Positions 34,396 to 46,000 of a DNA stretch of 64,000 bases are shown here, piece by piece. The notes beneath the pieces are model-generated. The model was given only the letters and a program-made list of their open reading frames with translations, was not told the origin of the DNA and made no database searches. How positions within the stretch are numbered: position 1 is the first letter of the stretch; each line of letters starts with the position of its first letter. The DNA comes from an uncultured Bacillota bacterium (GTDB lineage Bacteria; Bacillota; DTU025; MWDF01). Where the stretch lies: the NCBI GenBank assembly GCA_963823655.1, contig CAWGMK010000010.1, positions 52,311 through 116,310 of the forward strand, read 5' to 3'. The position numbers were made by a program, and so were the translations under genes.

Positions 34396-35440
34396 CTAGA
34401 TGCGCAGCGCGCCGGCGCGGGTGACGATGGCGGCATCGCGGCCCAGGAGCGCCGCGGGCGGCAGCTCCACGCTCGGCGCGACGCCCGAATCGAGCCGGTC
34501 GGCCTCCTCGATGAAGAGCGGCACGAGGCCCGGGTCGAACTGCTGGCCGGCGTGCTTGCGCAGCTCGTCGAAGGCCTCGTCCACGGAGCGGGCGGCGCGG
34601 TAGGGGCGGCCGCGCACGATGGCGTCGAAGGCGTCGGCGAGGGCCACGATGCGGGCACCCAGGGGGATCTGCTCGCCCTTCAGGCCATCCGGGTAGCCGC
34701 TGCCGTCCCAGCGCTCGTGGTGGTGGCGGATGATGGGCGTGAAGTCGCGCGACATGCGCAGCGGGTCGCAGATGCGCTCCCCGATCTCGGGGTGCTCGCG
34801 CATGATGCGGAACTCCTCGTCCGTGAGCGGGCCTGGCTTGTGGAGGACGTGCTCCGCGATGCCGATCTTGCCGATGTCGTGGAGCAGCGCGCCGTAGGCG
34901 ACGCCCTCCAGCTCGCCGTCGCGCAGGCCGACGTAGGCGGCCAGGCGGGCCGAGCGGTAGGCCAGGTAGCGGCAGTGGTCCTTGAGCCCGAGGTCCTTGG
35001 CCTCGACCGCGTTGGCCAGGGCGACCACGATGTCGTGGGCCTGCTCCATGCGCCGGATGACCTCGCGCGTCCGATACGAGCTGCGCAGGCGAGCCAGGAG
35101 CTCGACCTGCTGGAAGGGCTTGGTGACGAAGTCGTCGGCGCCCGCGTCCAGGGCGGCCACCATGTCCGAGGTGGACGTGTGGGCCGTGAGCACGATGATG
35201 GGCAGCGTCACGGTGCGGTGGTCGGCCCGCAGCCGCCGGCAGATCTCCAGCCCGTCCATGCCAGGCAGGGTGAGGTCCAGGATGACCATGTCCGGCTGGT
35301 GCTCGGCCACGGCGCGCAGCCCGTTGACGCCATCCGCCACGGCGATGACGCTGTAGCCGGCGTCCTCCAGGATGCGGCCCAGGACACGCCTGACGGCCGC
35401 GTCATCCTCGATGACTGCCACGCGGGGACGCACCGTGCCC
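34396..35440 (-). CDS. Response regulator with REC and HD-GYP domains (putative c-di-GMP phosphodiesterase).
   Basis: REC: RVAVIEDDAAVRRVLGRILEDAGYSVIAVADGVNGLRAVAEHQPDMVILDLTLPGMDGLEICRRLR. HD-GYP: ALLHDIGKIGI...IIRHHHERWDGSGYPDGLKGEQIPLGARIVALADAFDA. The C-terminal part is intact. The start is probably GTG near 35430. Confidence 0.75.
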
Positions 35441-35641
35441 CGGTGGGCGGTGTGGTCCAAGAGTCTCCCTCCACAGCGCCACGACGACTTGACGCGGGTC
35501 GGGCTGGAGTATACCCGCCGGTGCGTTCTGTCACCGGCTTCAGGCGCGGTGTCATCGGCTGTCCCGATGGCCGCGGTCGCCTCGGCACGGGTGGTGACGC
35601 GACGCACGGGCCTTCTGCGATCAGGTGGTAGCGTGACGACC

Positions 35642-36540
35642 ATGAGCGGTCGCGATCTCGGTCGTGCGTTCCGGGCGCACCCGCTGGCGGTCGCGGCGAG
35701 GCTGGCCATGGCGCTGTGCATGGCGCTGGCGGTGCTGACCGTCGGGTCCGTGTCGCTCTGTCGCGGTGCCGGGGTCGCTGGCCGGGCGGCGCGCCAGCGG
35801 TCGCCCTGGCGCAGGGCAAGCCCCCGCTCGACGATCCGGCCGTCCCGGTGCGCATCACCGTGCCCGCCCTCGGCATCGACCTGCCGGTGGTCTCGAGCGA
35901 GCGCACCGTGCCCGGCAACGTGCGCGACTACCCGCTCTGTGACGTGGCCCAGTACTGGGACATCTACGACCTGCCCGGTGCCCCGGGCACGACCTGGATC
36001 TACGCCCATGCCCAGCCGGGCATGTTCCTGCCGCTGCTGCTGAACGCGGAGGCCACGTCGGGCGAGGGACTGCTGGGTCAGATGGTGACGCTGCAGCTGA
36101 AGGACGGACGCCTGCTGCGCTACCGCATCGTGGAGGTCAAGCAGCACGCCTACAACCGCCGCCTCGCGCTGCGCGCCCGCCCCAGCCAGCAGCGACTCAT
36201 CCTGCAGACGAGCGAGGGGCCACCGGGCACCATCCCCAAGCTGCAGGTGGCCGCCAACCTCATCGGCGCCACGTGGACGGATGAGCCAGCCGCCCAAGGC
36301 CCAGCCACGCGCCTGCTGGCAGCCACGGCCGAAGCCGACCGACCGGGCGGCAAGGCGGGGCGCACGGGCGCCGCGAAGCCGACACCGCAGCCGTCGCCCA
36401 CGACCATGGCGGCCGGTGGCACCACCGACGCAGCCTCCCTCGCCCTGGGTGGCGGCGCGGTCCTCATCGGCGCCACGCTGGTAGCGATCTACATGGTCAG
36501 ACGGCCCGCTCCCGACCGACGGCAACCACCCCGCCGATAG
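35642..36540 (+). CDS. Sortase-fold membrane protein. The TLxTC catalytic Cys position reads Ser, and it has a C-terminal QPSPTT-TM-RR tail.
   Basis: N-terminal TM MSGRDLGRAFRAHPLAVAARLAMALCMALAVLTVGSV (35372..36043 frame). Sortase-like core: PVRITVPALGIDLPVVSSE...GAPGTTWIYAHAQPGMFLPLL...RLLRYRIVEVKQHAY...QRLILQTSEGPPG, where LILQTS replaces the expected TLITC. C-terminal ...KPTPQPSPTTMAAGGTTDAASLALGGGAVLIGATLVAIYMVRRPAPDRRQPPRR*. There is a frameshift near 35720. Confidence 0.45.
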
Positions 36541-36588
36541 AGCGGCCTGGGAGGACAGGCGGCAGCGACGATCGCCGCGGTTCGATCG

Positions 36589-36990
36589 TTATCGCCCACG
36601 ACGTCTTCGGTGCCAGGGCTCGAGTCGATAGGTCCGAATCAGGAACTGGTCGAAGAATGGGACAGTGAAATCCGCCAAGCCCAAGGCAGGCGAGTAGATC
36701 AGGCCTTTTTCGATCAGGCTCCCCCTGACAGTGCCGACCTCAGCGCTCGAACCGAGCCCCAGCTTCGATGCGATGGCGCCCGACCGTCGGGACTCCGGGG
36801 CGAGTTCAGCCATGGCTCGCAGGTATGAGATCTCGCGAGGTTGTGTCACGCGTGCCATGCGCCCCTTGAAGAACGACTCATCGAGCTCAGCCTCAAGCAG
36901 TGGAACCGTGGCGGCAACGTCGTCGGTGCTGATCGGCGAATGGTCCGCCACGTTCCAGACCCTGCTCCCGAACTCCTGGATGATGTCCAT
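36589..36990 (-). CDS. Hypothetical protein with a C-terminal winged-helix DNA-binding motif; local GC is lower (~58%).
   Basis: MDIIQEFGSRVWNVADHSPISTDDVAATVPLLEAELDESFFKGRMARVTQPREISYLRAMAELAPESRRSGAIASKLGLGSSAEVGTVRGSLIEKGLIYSP. The ORF could start upstream at 37056. Confidence 0.4.
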   Translation of the reverse strand: MDIIQEFGSRVWNVADHSPISTDDVAATVPLLEAELDESFFKGRMARVTQPREISYLRAMAELAPESRRSGAIASKLGLGSSAEVGTVRGSLIEKGLIYSPALGLADFTVPFFDQFLIRTYRLEPWHRRRRGR

Positions 36991-37131
36991 CGAGGCCTCT
37001 TTGCTGTGTTCACTGGTGTTTACAACCACCGTGTAAACCAAGATGAACGCTGTCAAGGATGCTGGACAGATCGACGGCCGGATCCTTCGCGGGATCCGGC
37101 CGTCGCTTGTGGTGGCGGAGGTTGGCGTGGG

Positions 37132-40100
37132 CTACGTCCTGGCCAGTCGATGCCGACGGATGAGCCATGCGCCGCTGACGATCATCATGGCCGCGACGAG
37201 GACGATGAAGGCCCAGCCCGTCGGGCCCCCAAGGAATCCACCTGACGTCGACGCGGCCTCGGTCGCGAGGAGTGTGTCCGTGGACGGCTGCTTGTCGCCG
37301 TCACCTGCGCCACCGCCGCTTCCGCTCTCGTCATCGCCAGCGCCGCCATCCCGGACGGGGACGATGCGGATGAAGGCCTGGGCAGTCGCGGAGATGACCG
37401 TGACCGCTGTATCGCGGAACTCTCCAGCCAGCAGGGCCTCCTCGTCGTCAGTGACCGTGACGGTCACGGTGTTCACGTGACGGTCGCCAGCCTGCCCGGT
37501 GACGAAGGCCGTGAACTGGCATTCGTATGTCGCGCCGGCGGCGATGAGGTCGCCGACCGAGTTCGCGCACGTGTTGTTCGTGAGATCCCGATTGCGTGGG
37601 TCATCCAGGTCGCCCAGCAGGTCGTCGCTCAGGGCCACGATGCCGAGGCTCTCGGGAACGAGGTTCTGGATGGTGATGGTGAAGGTCACGTCGCCACCCG
37701 GCTCTTCCAGCCTGGTCACGGACGGGGTCTTGGTGACCGCGATGGCAGGCACGATATCCGTGATCGTCACCGTCGCGTCGTCAGACGCGACGGCCTGGCG
37801 ACCCTCGAGCGTGGCGGCCCTGGCCGTGACCACGTCGGTCTCGACCGTCCCGCCGACCCCACCCACGAATGCGGTGAAGGCGCAGGCGTAGGTCGCTCCA
37901 GGCGCCAGTGACTGCGGCACGGCGCACGTCCCCTTGCCGTTCACGTCGCCGTGGACGTTGTCCACCAGGCTCGTGAGCGAGACGGCCACATTGCCGGTGT
38001 TGGTGACGCTGACGGCGAAAGAGACGTCCCCGCCCGGCTCGGGGACGGAGCCCGGAGTGGCGGTCTTGGTGACGGAGATCGTGGGGGTCGAGCGGATCTT
38101 GAACGTGGCCGTGGCCGCGTTGTCAGCCGGATCCGGGTCAGTGGTCTGGCTCGAGACGGTGGCGCTGTTGGAGACGGTCGTCAGGTCGAGGTAGGTGCCG
38201 GGTACGACGGTGGCGTTGACCGTGATGGTGGCGTCGACGCCGACCGGGTGGCTGGCGATCGTGCAGGTGAGCGTGTTACCGACGATCGGCGCGCAGGTGT
38301 ATGGCCCGTCATCGACGACGGTGACGCCCTGGAGCTGCGCTGGGAACGTGTCACTGAGGGTGGCGTCGGCTGCGTCGGAGGGACCGGCGTTGGAGACGCT
38401 CAGGGTGTAGGTGACGCTGCCGCCCGAGACGGTCTCGGCCGGGGTGACGCTCTTGGTGACCGAGAGGTCGGCGACCGCTCCCACCTCCACCGACGCCGTG
38501 TCGCTGTTGGGCAGGGCGTCGGGGACCTGTGGGGTGCGCGCCGCCACCGTGGCCGTGTTGGGGATCGACCGCGCCGTCAGGGAGGCCCACCGGCACGACC
38601 GCGGTCAAGGTGACCGTGGCCGTCGAGCCGGCCGCCATCGTGGCGGCGTCGCAGGTCAGCACGAACTGGGTGCCGGGGGGCGCCAGCGTGCAGCCGAGCG
38701 ACGGCGGCGTCACCGTGCCAAGCGTGACCTGGGTGAAGACAGCCGGGAACGAGTCGGTCACCACGACCCCGCTGGCATCGCTTGGGCCCGCGTTGGTCAC
38801 CGTCAGCGTGTAGGTGATCGTCTGGCCGGCGGCGACAGCCACCGGGTCCGGGTTGCCATCCTGCCCCTGCACCTGTTTGACGATGCCGAGGTCGGCCTGG
38901 GCGACCAGCGGGGTGTCGGCGCAGGCGACGTTGTTCGATGAGTCGCTGATCGCGGCTGCGGCCGTCAGCGTGGGGGCGACCTGACGGCACGTTGGATCGG
39001 GCGGTGCTGGATCGTCGGGGTGATCGAGGACCGCGAGGTTGGGGTAGCCGGCTCCCGGGTCGGGGGCCGTGCTCGCGTCGGCACGAGCCCGCAGCACCAC
39101 CGTCGCCGTGGCACCGGCGGGCAGCGCCGCCGCCGGGATGGTGCAGGTGATGGTCTGGCCACTCGGCGCGGCGCAGGTCACGCTGGCCGTCGATGCCGTC
39201 GTGTCGAGCGGCGTAGGTGCGAACGAGAAGCCGGTCGGCAAGGTGTCGGTCACGGTGGCATCGCCAACCACCCCGCTCGTGCCGAGGTTCTCAACCGTGA
39301 TCGTGTACGGGAAGGCCGCTCCACCGGCCACGGCCGGTGTGGTGTCCGTGCCGTCGCGGAAGACCTTGGTCAGAGCCAGGTCGAACGTCTTCAGGTAGGC
39401 GACATCGGCGTTGTCGGTCTGGACGGGGTCGCTGGTGAGACCCGACACCGTGGCGCTGTTCGGGAACGGCGCCGTCGCAGTGACCGGGTCCGCCGCCGTA
39501 GCGGTGAACACGATCGAGCCCGCCGACCCGACCGCCAGCGTGGCGGCCCGGCAGGTGACCGGGACATCGAGCGGCTCGCCGGCCGCGGCCGTCCCGCCGC
39601 CGGCCCGGTCACAGGTCAACCCGGCCGGTGCGCTGACGAAGAGCACGGGCGTCACCAGGTCGCTGGCCAGCGGGTCGATGACGGTCACGCTCTGCGCCAC
39701 CGACGGCCCGTTGTTCGTCACCCGCAGGGTGAACGTCACGGGCTGAGCGGGAATGATCCCTTCCGCCGTGGCGGGCGTCTGGGCGTCGTTCGGCGTCGTG
39801 CCGCCCGGGCCGGTCGCCAGCTTCGGTGACCGAGAGGTCGGCGGATGTGGCCACGGTGGTCGTGGTGGTCGCGCTGTCGTTGGCAGCGTTCGGATCGCTG
39901 GTCGCCGCGGAGACGGTGGCCGTGTTGCTGATGACCGTGCCGGCGGCGACACTCGCCCCGACCTGGACGATGAGCGTGAAGGTCTGGGTGGCACCGGCGG
40001 CCAGGCTGGCGATCGTGCAGGTGACGGTGCCGTTGCCCCCCACGGCGGGCGTCGTGCAGCTGAAGCCTGCGGGCGCGGTGAGCGAGACGAAGGTCGTGCC

Positions 40101-42759
40101 CGCGGGCAGGGTGTCGGTCAGGCTCACGCTCTGGGCGGCGTTGGGACCGGCGTTGGCGACGGTGATGGTGTAGGTGAGGTTCGCGCCGGCGATGACCGGG
40201 TCGGGACTGTCGGTCTTGGTGATCGAGAGGTCGGCGGAGGTGGCCACGGTGGTGGTGTCGGTGGCGGTGTTGTTGGCCGGGGTCGGGTCGGTGGTCGAGC
40301 TCGAGACGGTGGCCGTGTTGGCCTGAGGGCCCGCCGGGGTCGAGGCTGGCACCGTGTAGGTGACGACCAGCGTCGTGGTGGCACCGGCCAGGATGGGCCC
40401 GAGGGCACAGTCGAAGCTCGGACCGCCTCCGACGTCGGTGCAGGCGGCGGGCAGCGAGGTGCGCGTGAAACCGGCCGGCCAGGTGTCGGAGAGGCTCACC
40501 GCTTGGGCATTCGAAGGTCCGTTATTGATGACGGTGATGGTGTAGGTGCGCGTGGCGCCGTCACCGGCGGTCACGGTGGCGACTCCGTCGCTCTTGGTGA
40601 CGGAGAGGTCGGCGGACGTGGCCACGGTATTGGTGTCGGTGGCGGTGTTGTTCGACGCGTTCGGGTCGCTGGTCGAGCTCGAGACGGTGGCCGTGTTGGC
40701 CTGAGGGCCCGCCGGGGTCGAGGCTGGCACCGTGTAGGTGACGACCAGCGTCGTGGTGGCACCGGCCAGGATGGGCCCGAGGGCACAGTCGAAGCTCGGA
40801 CCGCCTCCGACGTCGGTGCAGGCCGCGGGCAGCGAGGTGCGCGTGAAACCGGCCGGCCAGGTGTCGGAGAGGCTCACGCCGGTCGCCGTGCTGGGCCCCG
40901 CGTTGCGCACCGTGATGGTGAAGGTGCGGGTCAGGCCGTCACCGGCGGTCACGGTCGTGACCCCGTCGCTCTTGGTGACCGAGAGGTCGGCGGATGTGGC
41001 CACGGTGGTCGTGGTGGTCGCGCTGTCGTTGGCAGCGTTCGGATCGCTGGTCGCCGCGGAGACGGTGGCCGTGTTGCTGATGACCGTGCCGGCGGCGACA
41101 CTCGCCCCGACCTGGACGATGAGCGTGAAGGTCTGGGTGGCACCGGCGGCCAGGCTGGCGATCGTGCAGGTGACGGTGCCGTTGCCCCCCACGGCGGGCG
41201 TCGTGCAGCTGAAGCCTGCGGGCGCGGCGAGCGAGACGAAGGTCGTGCCCGCGGGCAGGGTGTCGGTCAGGCTCACGCTCTGGGCGGCGTTGGGACCGGC
41301 GTTGGCGACGGTGATGGTGTAGGTGAGGTTCGCGCCGGCGATGACCGGGTCGGGACTGTCGGTCTTGGTGACCGAGAGGTCGGCGCGGAGCGCCGGATCC
41401 AACAGCAGGGTCACAGGCGACGCCGTGCACGACGAGCCGTTGCCCGTGCAGGTGCGTGTGTCGGAGGATTGTGGGACCGAGCTGTAACCCGGAGCTGATG
41501 CCGTCAACGTGACCGTCGCCGGACCGCGCCCGGGGTACGTGACGCTGACCGAGAAGCCCCCGGTGGCGTTGGTGCTGGTCCCCCCACCCGTATACGACAC
41601 GGTGGGAGAGTTGTTGCAGCCCGTGCACGTGGCCGTGACGGTTGCGCCGGCGATGAGTGGGGTGCCTGTCGGATAGGTTGCGACCGAGCCGGTGATCGTG
41701 ACATTCGATTGCGGCGTGATGATGAGGTCCTCGGCGGCCATCTTGCTGGCGCTGACAGACATGTCATCCGCCGGTCCGACCTGCGCCGTCGGCTGACCGA
41801 CTGCGTCCGTGGTCGACTCCGCGGCCGCACCCATGTCAGCCGCCGGCGCTTCGTGGGGAGTCGCGTCGAACACGCTCTTGCCGGCCGTGGCACCGCCTTG
41901 TTCGCGCTGTGCGACGGCGTCACTCGCAGCCGCTGAACGTGCGGCACTGATGGTCAACTCAGCCTTGGCAGTCAACTTGTCGAGCGTGGCTACGACCTCG
42001 GTGGCGCCGATGACGGCCACGGCGGCGAGGCGCACGTCGTTGGCGTCTGGCGCTTCGAACGAGGCGACACCCTCATCCCTGACCGACCAACGGACGTCCG
42101 TGGCTGGCGAGCATGCGTCGGACTGGCCGGGCTCCTGGTCGGACCCGGGTCCGGCGCCATCGCCGGACGTGGTGCAGAGCCAGGCCGAGAGCTTGGCCAC
42201 ATCACCCACGACCAGGTCGAGCTTGCGCGGCTGGGAGTCGATGACGAGCTTGCGCTCGGGCTCGGCGGGGGCGACGTCGGGCGCAGGCTCGACTGGAGCC
42301 TGCTCGGCCTTGGGCTCGGCGGCCGGCTCCCGGTCGGGCGCCGTGTCGGGCTTCTGTTCCTTATCGGCCTTCGGTCCCTGTGCCCTGGGCTCGGGCGCCG
42401 GTTCCTGCGTCGTGGGCTCGGGCGCGGCCTCCTGGGCGGGCGCAGCCTGGGGCTCGGGCTCGGACGTTGGGCGGATCGGCGGGAGCCGGTGCGGGCTCCG
42501 AAGCCTGGACCTCCGCGGCAGGGGCGGGCTCCTCGGCGGCCACCTCGGGCTCGGGTGCCGGCGATGGCTCGGCAGCGACAGGCTGGGCAGAGGCGTCCGC
42601 CTCCGCATCCTGGGCGATGACCAGCGCCGGGGTCAGCAACAGCGACGACGTCAGCAGGATGACCTGCAGGACGGCCAGCAGGGCGGCCAGGCGGTGGACG
42701 CGCGGGGACACGGAGGTGCTCGGAGCCAAATCGCTTCTCCCGTGGAAACCAGCGGTCAT
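37132..42759 (-). CDS. Giant cell-surface protein A (~1870 aa): signal peptide, small N-terminal domain, Pro/Glu/Lys/Ala-rich linker, many DUF11-type Ig-like repeats and a C-terminal QPSTDTL-TM-RR anchor tail.
   Basis: Signal ...RVHRLAALLAVLQVILLTSSLLLTPALVIAQD. N-domain KLVIDSQPRKLDLVVGDVAKLSAWLCT. DUF11 units ADLSVTKTDSPDPVIAGANLTYTITVANAGPNAAQSVSLTDTLPAGTTFVSL...; one ~130-aa unit is duplicated nearly identically. Tail ...GDGDKQPSTDTLLATEAASTSGGFLGGPTGWAFIVLVAAMMIVSGAWLIRRHRLART*. There are several frameshifts. Confidence 0.7.
39810..40200. repeat. Internal near-identical direct repeat within giant protein A (copy 1); it pairs with 40960-41350.
   Basis: The six-frame ORFs 39826..40173 and 40738..41322 share the identical string MTERSADVATVVVVVALSLAAFGSLVAAETVAVLLMTVPAATLAPTWTMSVKVWVAPAARLAIVQVTVPLPPTAGVVQLKPAGA.SETKVVPAGRVSVRLTLWAALGPALATVMV. 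Confidence 0.75.
40960..41350. repeat. Internal near-identical direct repeat within giant protein A (copy 2).
   Basis: See copy 1. A second shorter pair is 40124..40408 versus 40571..40786 (identical MPSGPSWPVPPRRWSSPTRCQPRPRRALRPTRPPSRAR in six-frame). Confidence 0.75.
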
Positions 42760-43016
42760 CGACGCTGGTGGATGATGACAGACGGAGCGAACCGTACCAA
42801 GAAAGCCCCGCACGGTTCGCTGCTGGCGCGAGACGATACTCGAGCCACGGCGCTTTCCGCACCGGGCCTGATAGTCCACCGGAGCCGTAGTACTTTCCCG
42901 AGCCCGCGGTCCGCGACGCCTCAGGCCCTCCACCGAGGCCCCGAAAAGCCGACGGCCGGGTCCCTGGTGGGAGCCCGGCCGTCGGGAGTGTCGCGATGGA
43001 TGCTGGCTAGATCTCG

Positions 43017-46000
43017 GAGGTGCGGACCCTCCGGATGACCCAGCCCGCGGACAGGATGACCGTGGCCGACATCAGGATCGATGAGGATCCAGTTCATCGG
43101 GCTGTCGAGCGGACCGCTCGCGGCCGACACGGTGTCGGTCGGGATGAGCGTGTCCGTGGGAGGCTGGCCACCGCCGCCACCGCCACCACCAGCACCGCCG
43201 ATCCAACCGATCTCCTCATCATCCTCGGCGCAGACCCTGTCGGACTGGCTCTGGGAGGGACCGGCCACGGCACAGGCCGTGAAAGTATTGACGTGCGGGA
43301 TGGTGTCCTGCGGCGGATCGGCGACCACTTCCGGCTCGACGAAGAACGTCGCTTCGAACTGGCACGAGGCACCCGCCGGCAGCGTCACGCCGACCTGGCA
43401 GTCCGCATCACCCTGGAGGGCTCCGAAGTCGGAGTCGACGAGTGACACGATGCTGACCGGGACCTTCGACGTGTTGGTCACGGTGAAGGTGAAGGTGACG
43501 TCCTCACCCTCGATGTCGGCGATGGGCGTGTCGGCCGTCTTCACGACCGCCAGCTTGATGGCCGGGATGTCGAGGTCGTCGCAGACCTCAGGGGTCTGGT
43601 CGGAGTCGGCGCAGGCGGTGTTCAGGACATCGCCCTTGTCGAGGTCGGCCTGGGTGATGGTGTGGCTGCCGGTGCAGGTGATGCTGGCACCGGGCGCCAG
43701 GGATGCCACCGGGACGGTCGGGCTGCAGACGAAGTTGTCGAGCTTCACCGTGAGCAGCTTGTCGGTCACGACCACATTGGTAAGCGGGTAGTTGCCGATG
43801 TTGGTGGCCTTCACGGTGTACGTGATGACGTCGCCGACCGCGTCGTACGTCTGCACGTTGGAGGTCTTGACGATGGAGAGCTCGGACTCGTAGACGCGCT
43901 CGTCATCGCAGACCGGCTTGGATGTCTGCGCGCTGATGGCGCAGGCCGTATTGGGGATGGACTTGTTGGCGTTGTCCACGTCAGCCTGGGTGACGGTATA
44001 CGTCGCCTTGCAGACGATGGCCTTGCCGGGTGCCAGGCTGGCCACCGGGAGGGTGACGGCCGCACCGTCAACGGTGCAGGCCCAGCTGGCAAGTTGCGGG
44101 ATGAGCGGGTCGCTGACGCCCACGTTGGTGAGCGTGGCGGCGCCGACATTGGTGGTCGTCACCGTGTAGGTGATGAGGTCACCGGCCTTCGAGTAGAACG
44201 CCGGGCTGGCCGACTTCACCACGCTGAGCTTGGCGAACAGGTTCGTGAAGGTGCACTTCACGGTCTCGCCCGCGTCGAGCTTGAAGGTTGCCTTGCGATC
44301 GACCAGGCTGCCCGAGCTTGGGTTCTGGCTCTGGCCGTCATCGCAGACGATCGAGTCGAGGACCCAGTCTGGGGTCACAGCTTCAGTCGAGGTGTACGTG
44401 CCGGGCACGAGGTTGCCGACCACGATCTGGCCGTTGTCGGCGATGGAGCCAGCAGCGTCACCGGTGAAGGTGAACGTCTGAGGGGAGTCAGCGGGGTTGG
44501 TCTGCTTCTCGACGATGATCGTGCCGCGCTGGGTGTTGGTGAAGACGCAGGTGACGGTCTCACCGGGATCGAGATCGATCTCGTCGGCGGCCTCGGTGCC
44601 CTCGATGGAGCTCGTGCAGACCGTGCTGGTCAGATCCCAGCCGGCAGGCACGGTCTCGGAGACCGAGTAGGTGCCGGGGGTCAGGAACCCGCTGTCGTGC
44701 GGGGTCGTGGCATCGGCGAGCTGGAAGTCAGCGCCCCAGCTCGGGTCGAAGGTGAAGAGCTGCGGTGAGCCGCTCGGGTCCGTGACCTTGTCGACGATGA
44801 TCGTGCCGCGCTGCGTATTGGTGAAGACGCAGGTGACGGTTTCACCGGCCGCGATGACCGCCTGCACGGTCGTGTCACCGGCGTCGAAGTCGGCGTCGCC
44901 CACGAAGCCTGCGCCGGTGCCGGTGCCGATCAGATGGCGGCCCCATTGGCGGTGCAGACGATGTTGGTGAGCGTGTAGCCGGGCTTCGCCGTCTCCGTCA
45001 CGTACTTGGTCCCGAGTTCGAGACCGGTGAAGGGGAACGGGGCGTTGGCCGTCGGGTTGGTGACCGAGGTGTCGCGGTTGAACGGCGAGAGGGCCGAGCC
45101 TTCGACCGTGTAGGCGAAGGTCGCGGGGGCACCCACGGTGGTCTTCTCGATGTCCAGGGAGGCGTTCTGGGTGTTGGTGAAGACGCAGGTCGGGGTGTTC
45201 CCGGCCGCGATGACCGCCTGCACGGTCGTGTCACCGGCGTCGAAGTCGGCGTCGCCCACGAAGCCTGCGCCGGTGCCGGTGCCGATCGAGATGGCGGCCC
45301 CATTGGCGGTGCAGACGATGTTGGTGAGCGTGTAGCCGGGCTTCGCCGTCTCCGTCACGTACTTGGTCCCGAGTTCGAGACCGGTGAAGGGGAACGGGGC
45401 GTTGGCCGTCGGGTTGGTGACCGAGGTGTCGCGGTTGAACGGCGAGAGGGCCGAGCCTTCGACCGTGTAGGCGAAGGTCGCGGGGGCACCCACGGTGGTC
45501 TTCTCGATGTCCAGGGAGGCGTTCTGGGTGTTGGTGAAGACGCAGGTCGGGGTGTTCCCGGCCGCGATGACCGCCTGCACGGTCGTGTCACCGGCGTCGA
45601 AGTCGGCGTCGCCCACGAAGCCTGCGCCGGTGCCGGTGCCGATCGAGATGGCGGCCCCATTGGCGGTGCAGACGATGTTGGTGAGCGTGTAGCCGGGCTT
45701 CGCCGTCTCCGTCACGTACTTGGTCCCGAGTTCGAGACCGGTGAAGGGGAACGGGGCGTTGGCCGTCGGGTTGGTGACCGAGGTGTCGCGGTTGAACGGC
45801 GAGAGGGCCGAGCCTTCGACCGTGTAGGCGAAGGTCGCGGGGGCACCCACGGTGGTCTTCTCGATGTCCAGGGAGGCGTTCTGGGTGTTGGTGAAGACGC
45901 AGGTCGGGGTGTTCCCGGCCGCGATGACCGCCTGCACGGTCGTGTCACCGGCGTCGAAGTCGGCGTCGCCCACGAAGCCTGCGCCGGTGCCGGTGCCGAT

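Noticed and set aside
34345-35631. 428-aa plus-strand ORF.
   Set aside because: It is antisense to the well-supported REC-HD-GYP gene and has no domain-like sequence.
43140-43200. Long GGN/CCG run (ggctggccaccgccgccaccgccaccaccagcaccgccg).
   Set aside because: It encodes the poly-Gly stretch (GGAGGGGGGGG) preceding the C-terminal sorting tail of giant B. It is a codon repeat, not a homopolymer or regulatory tract.
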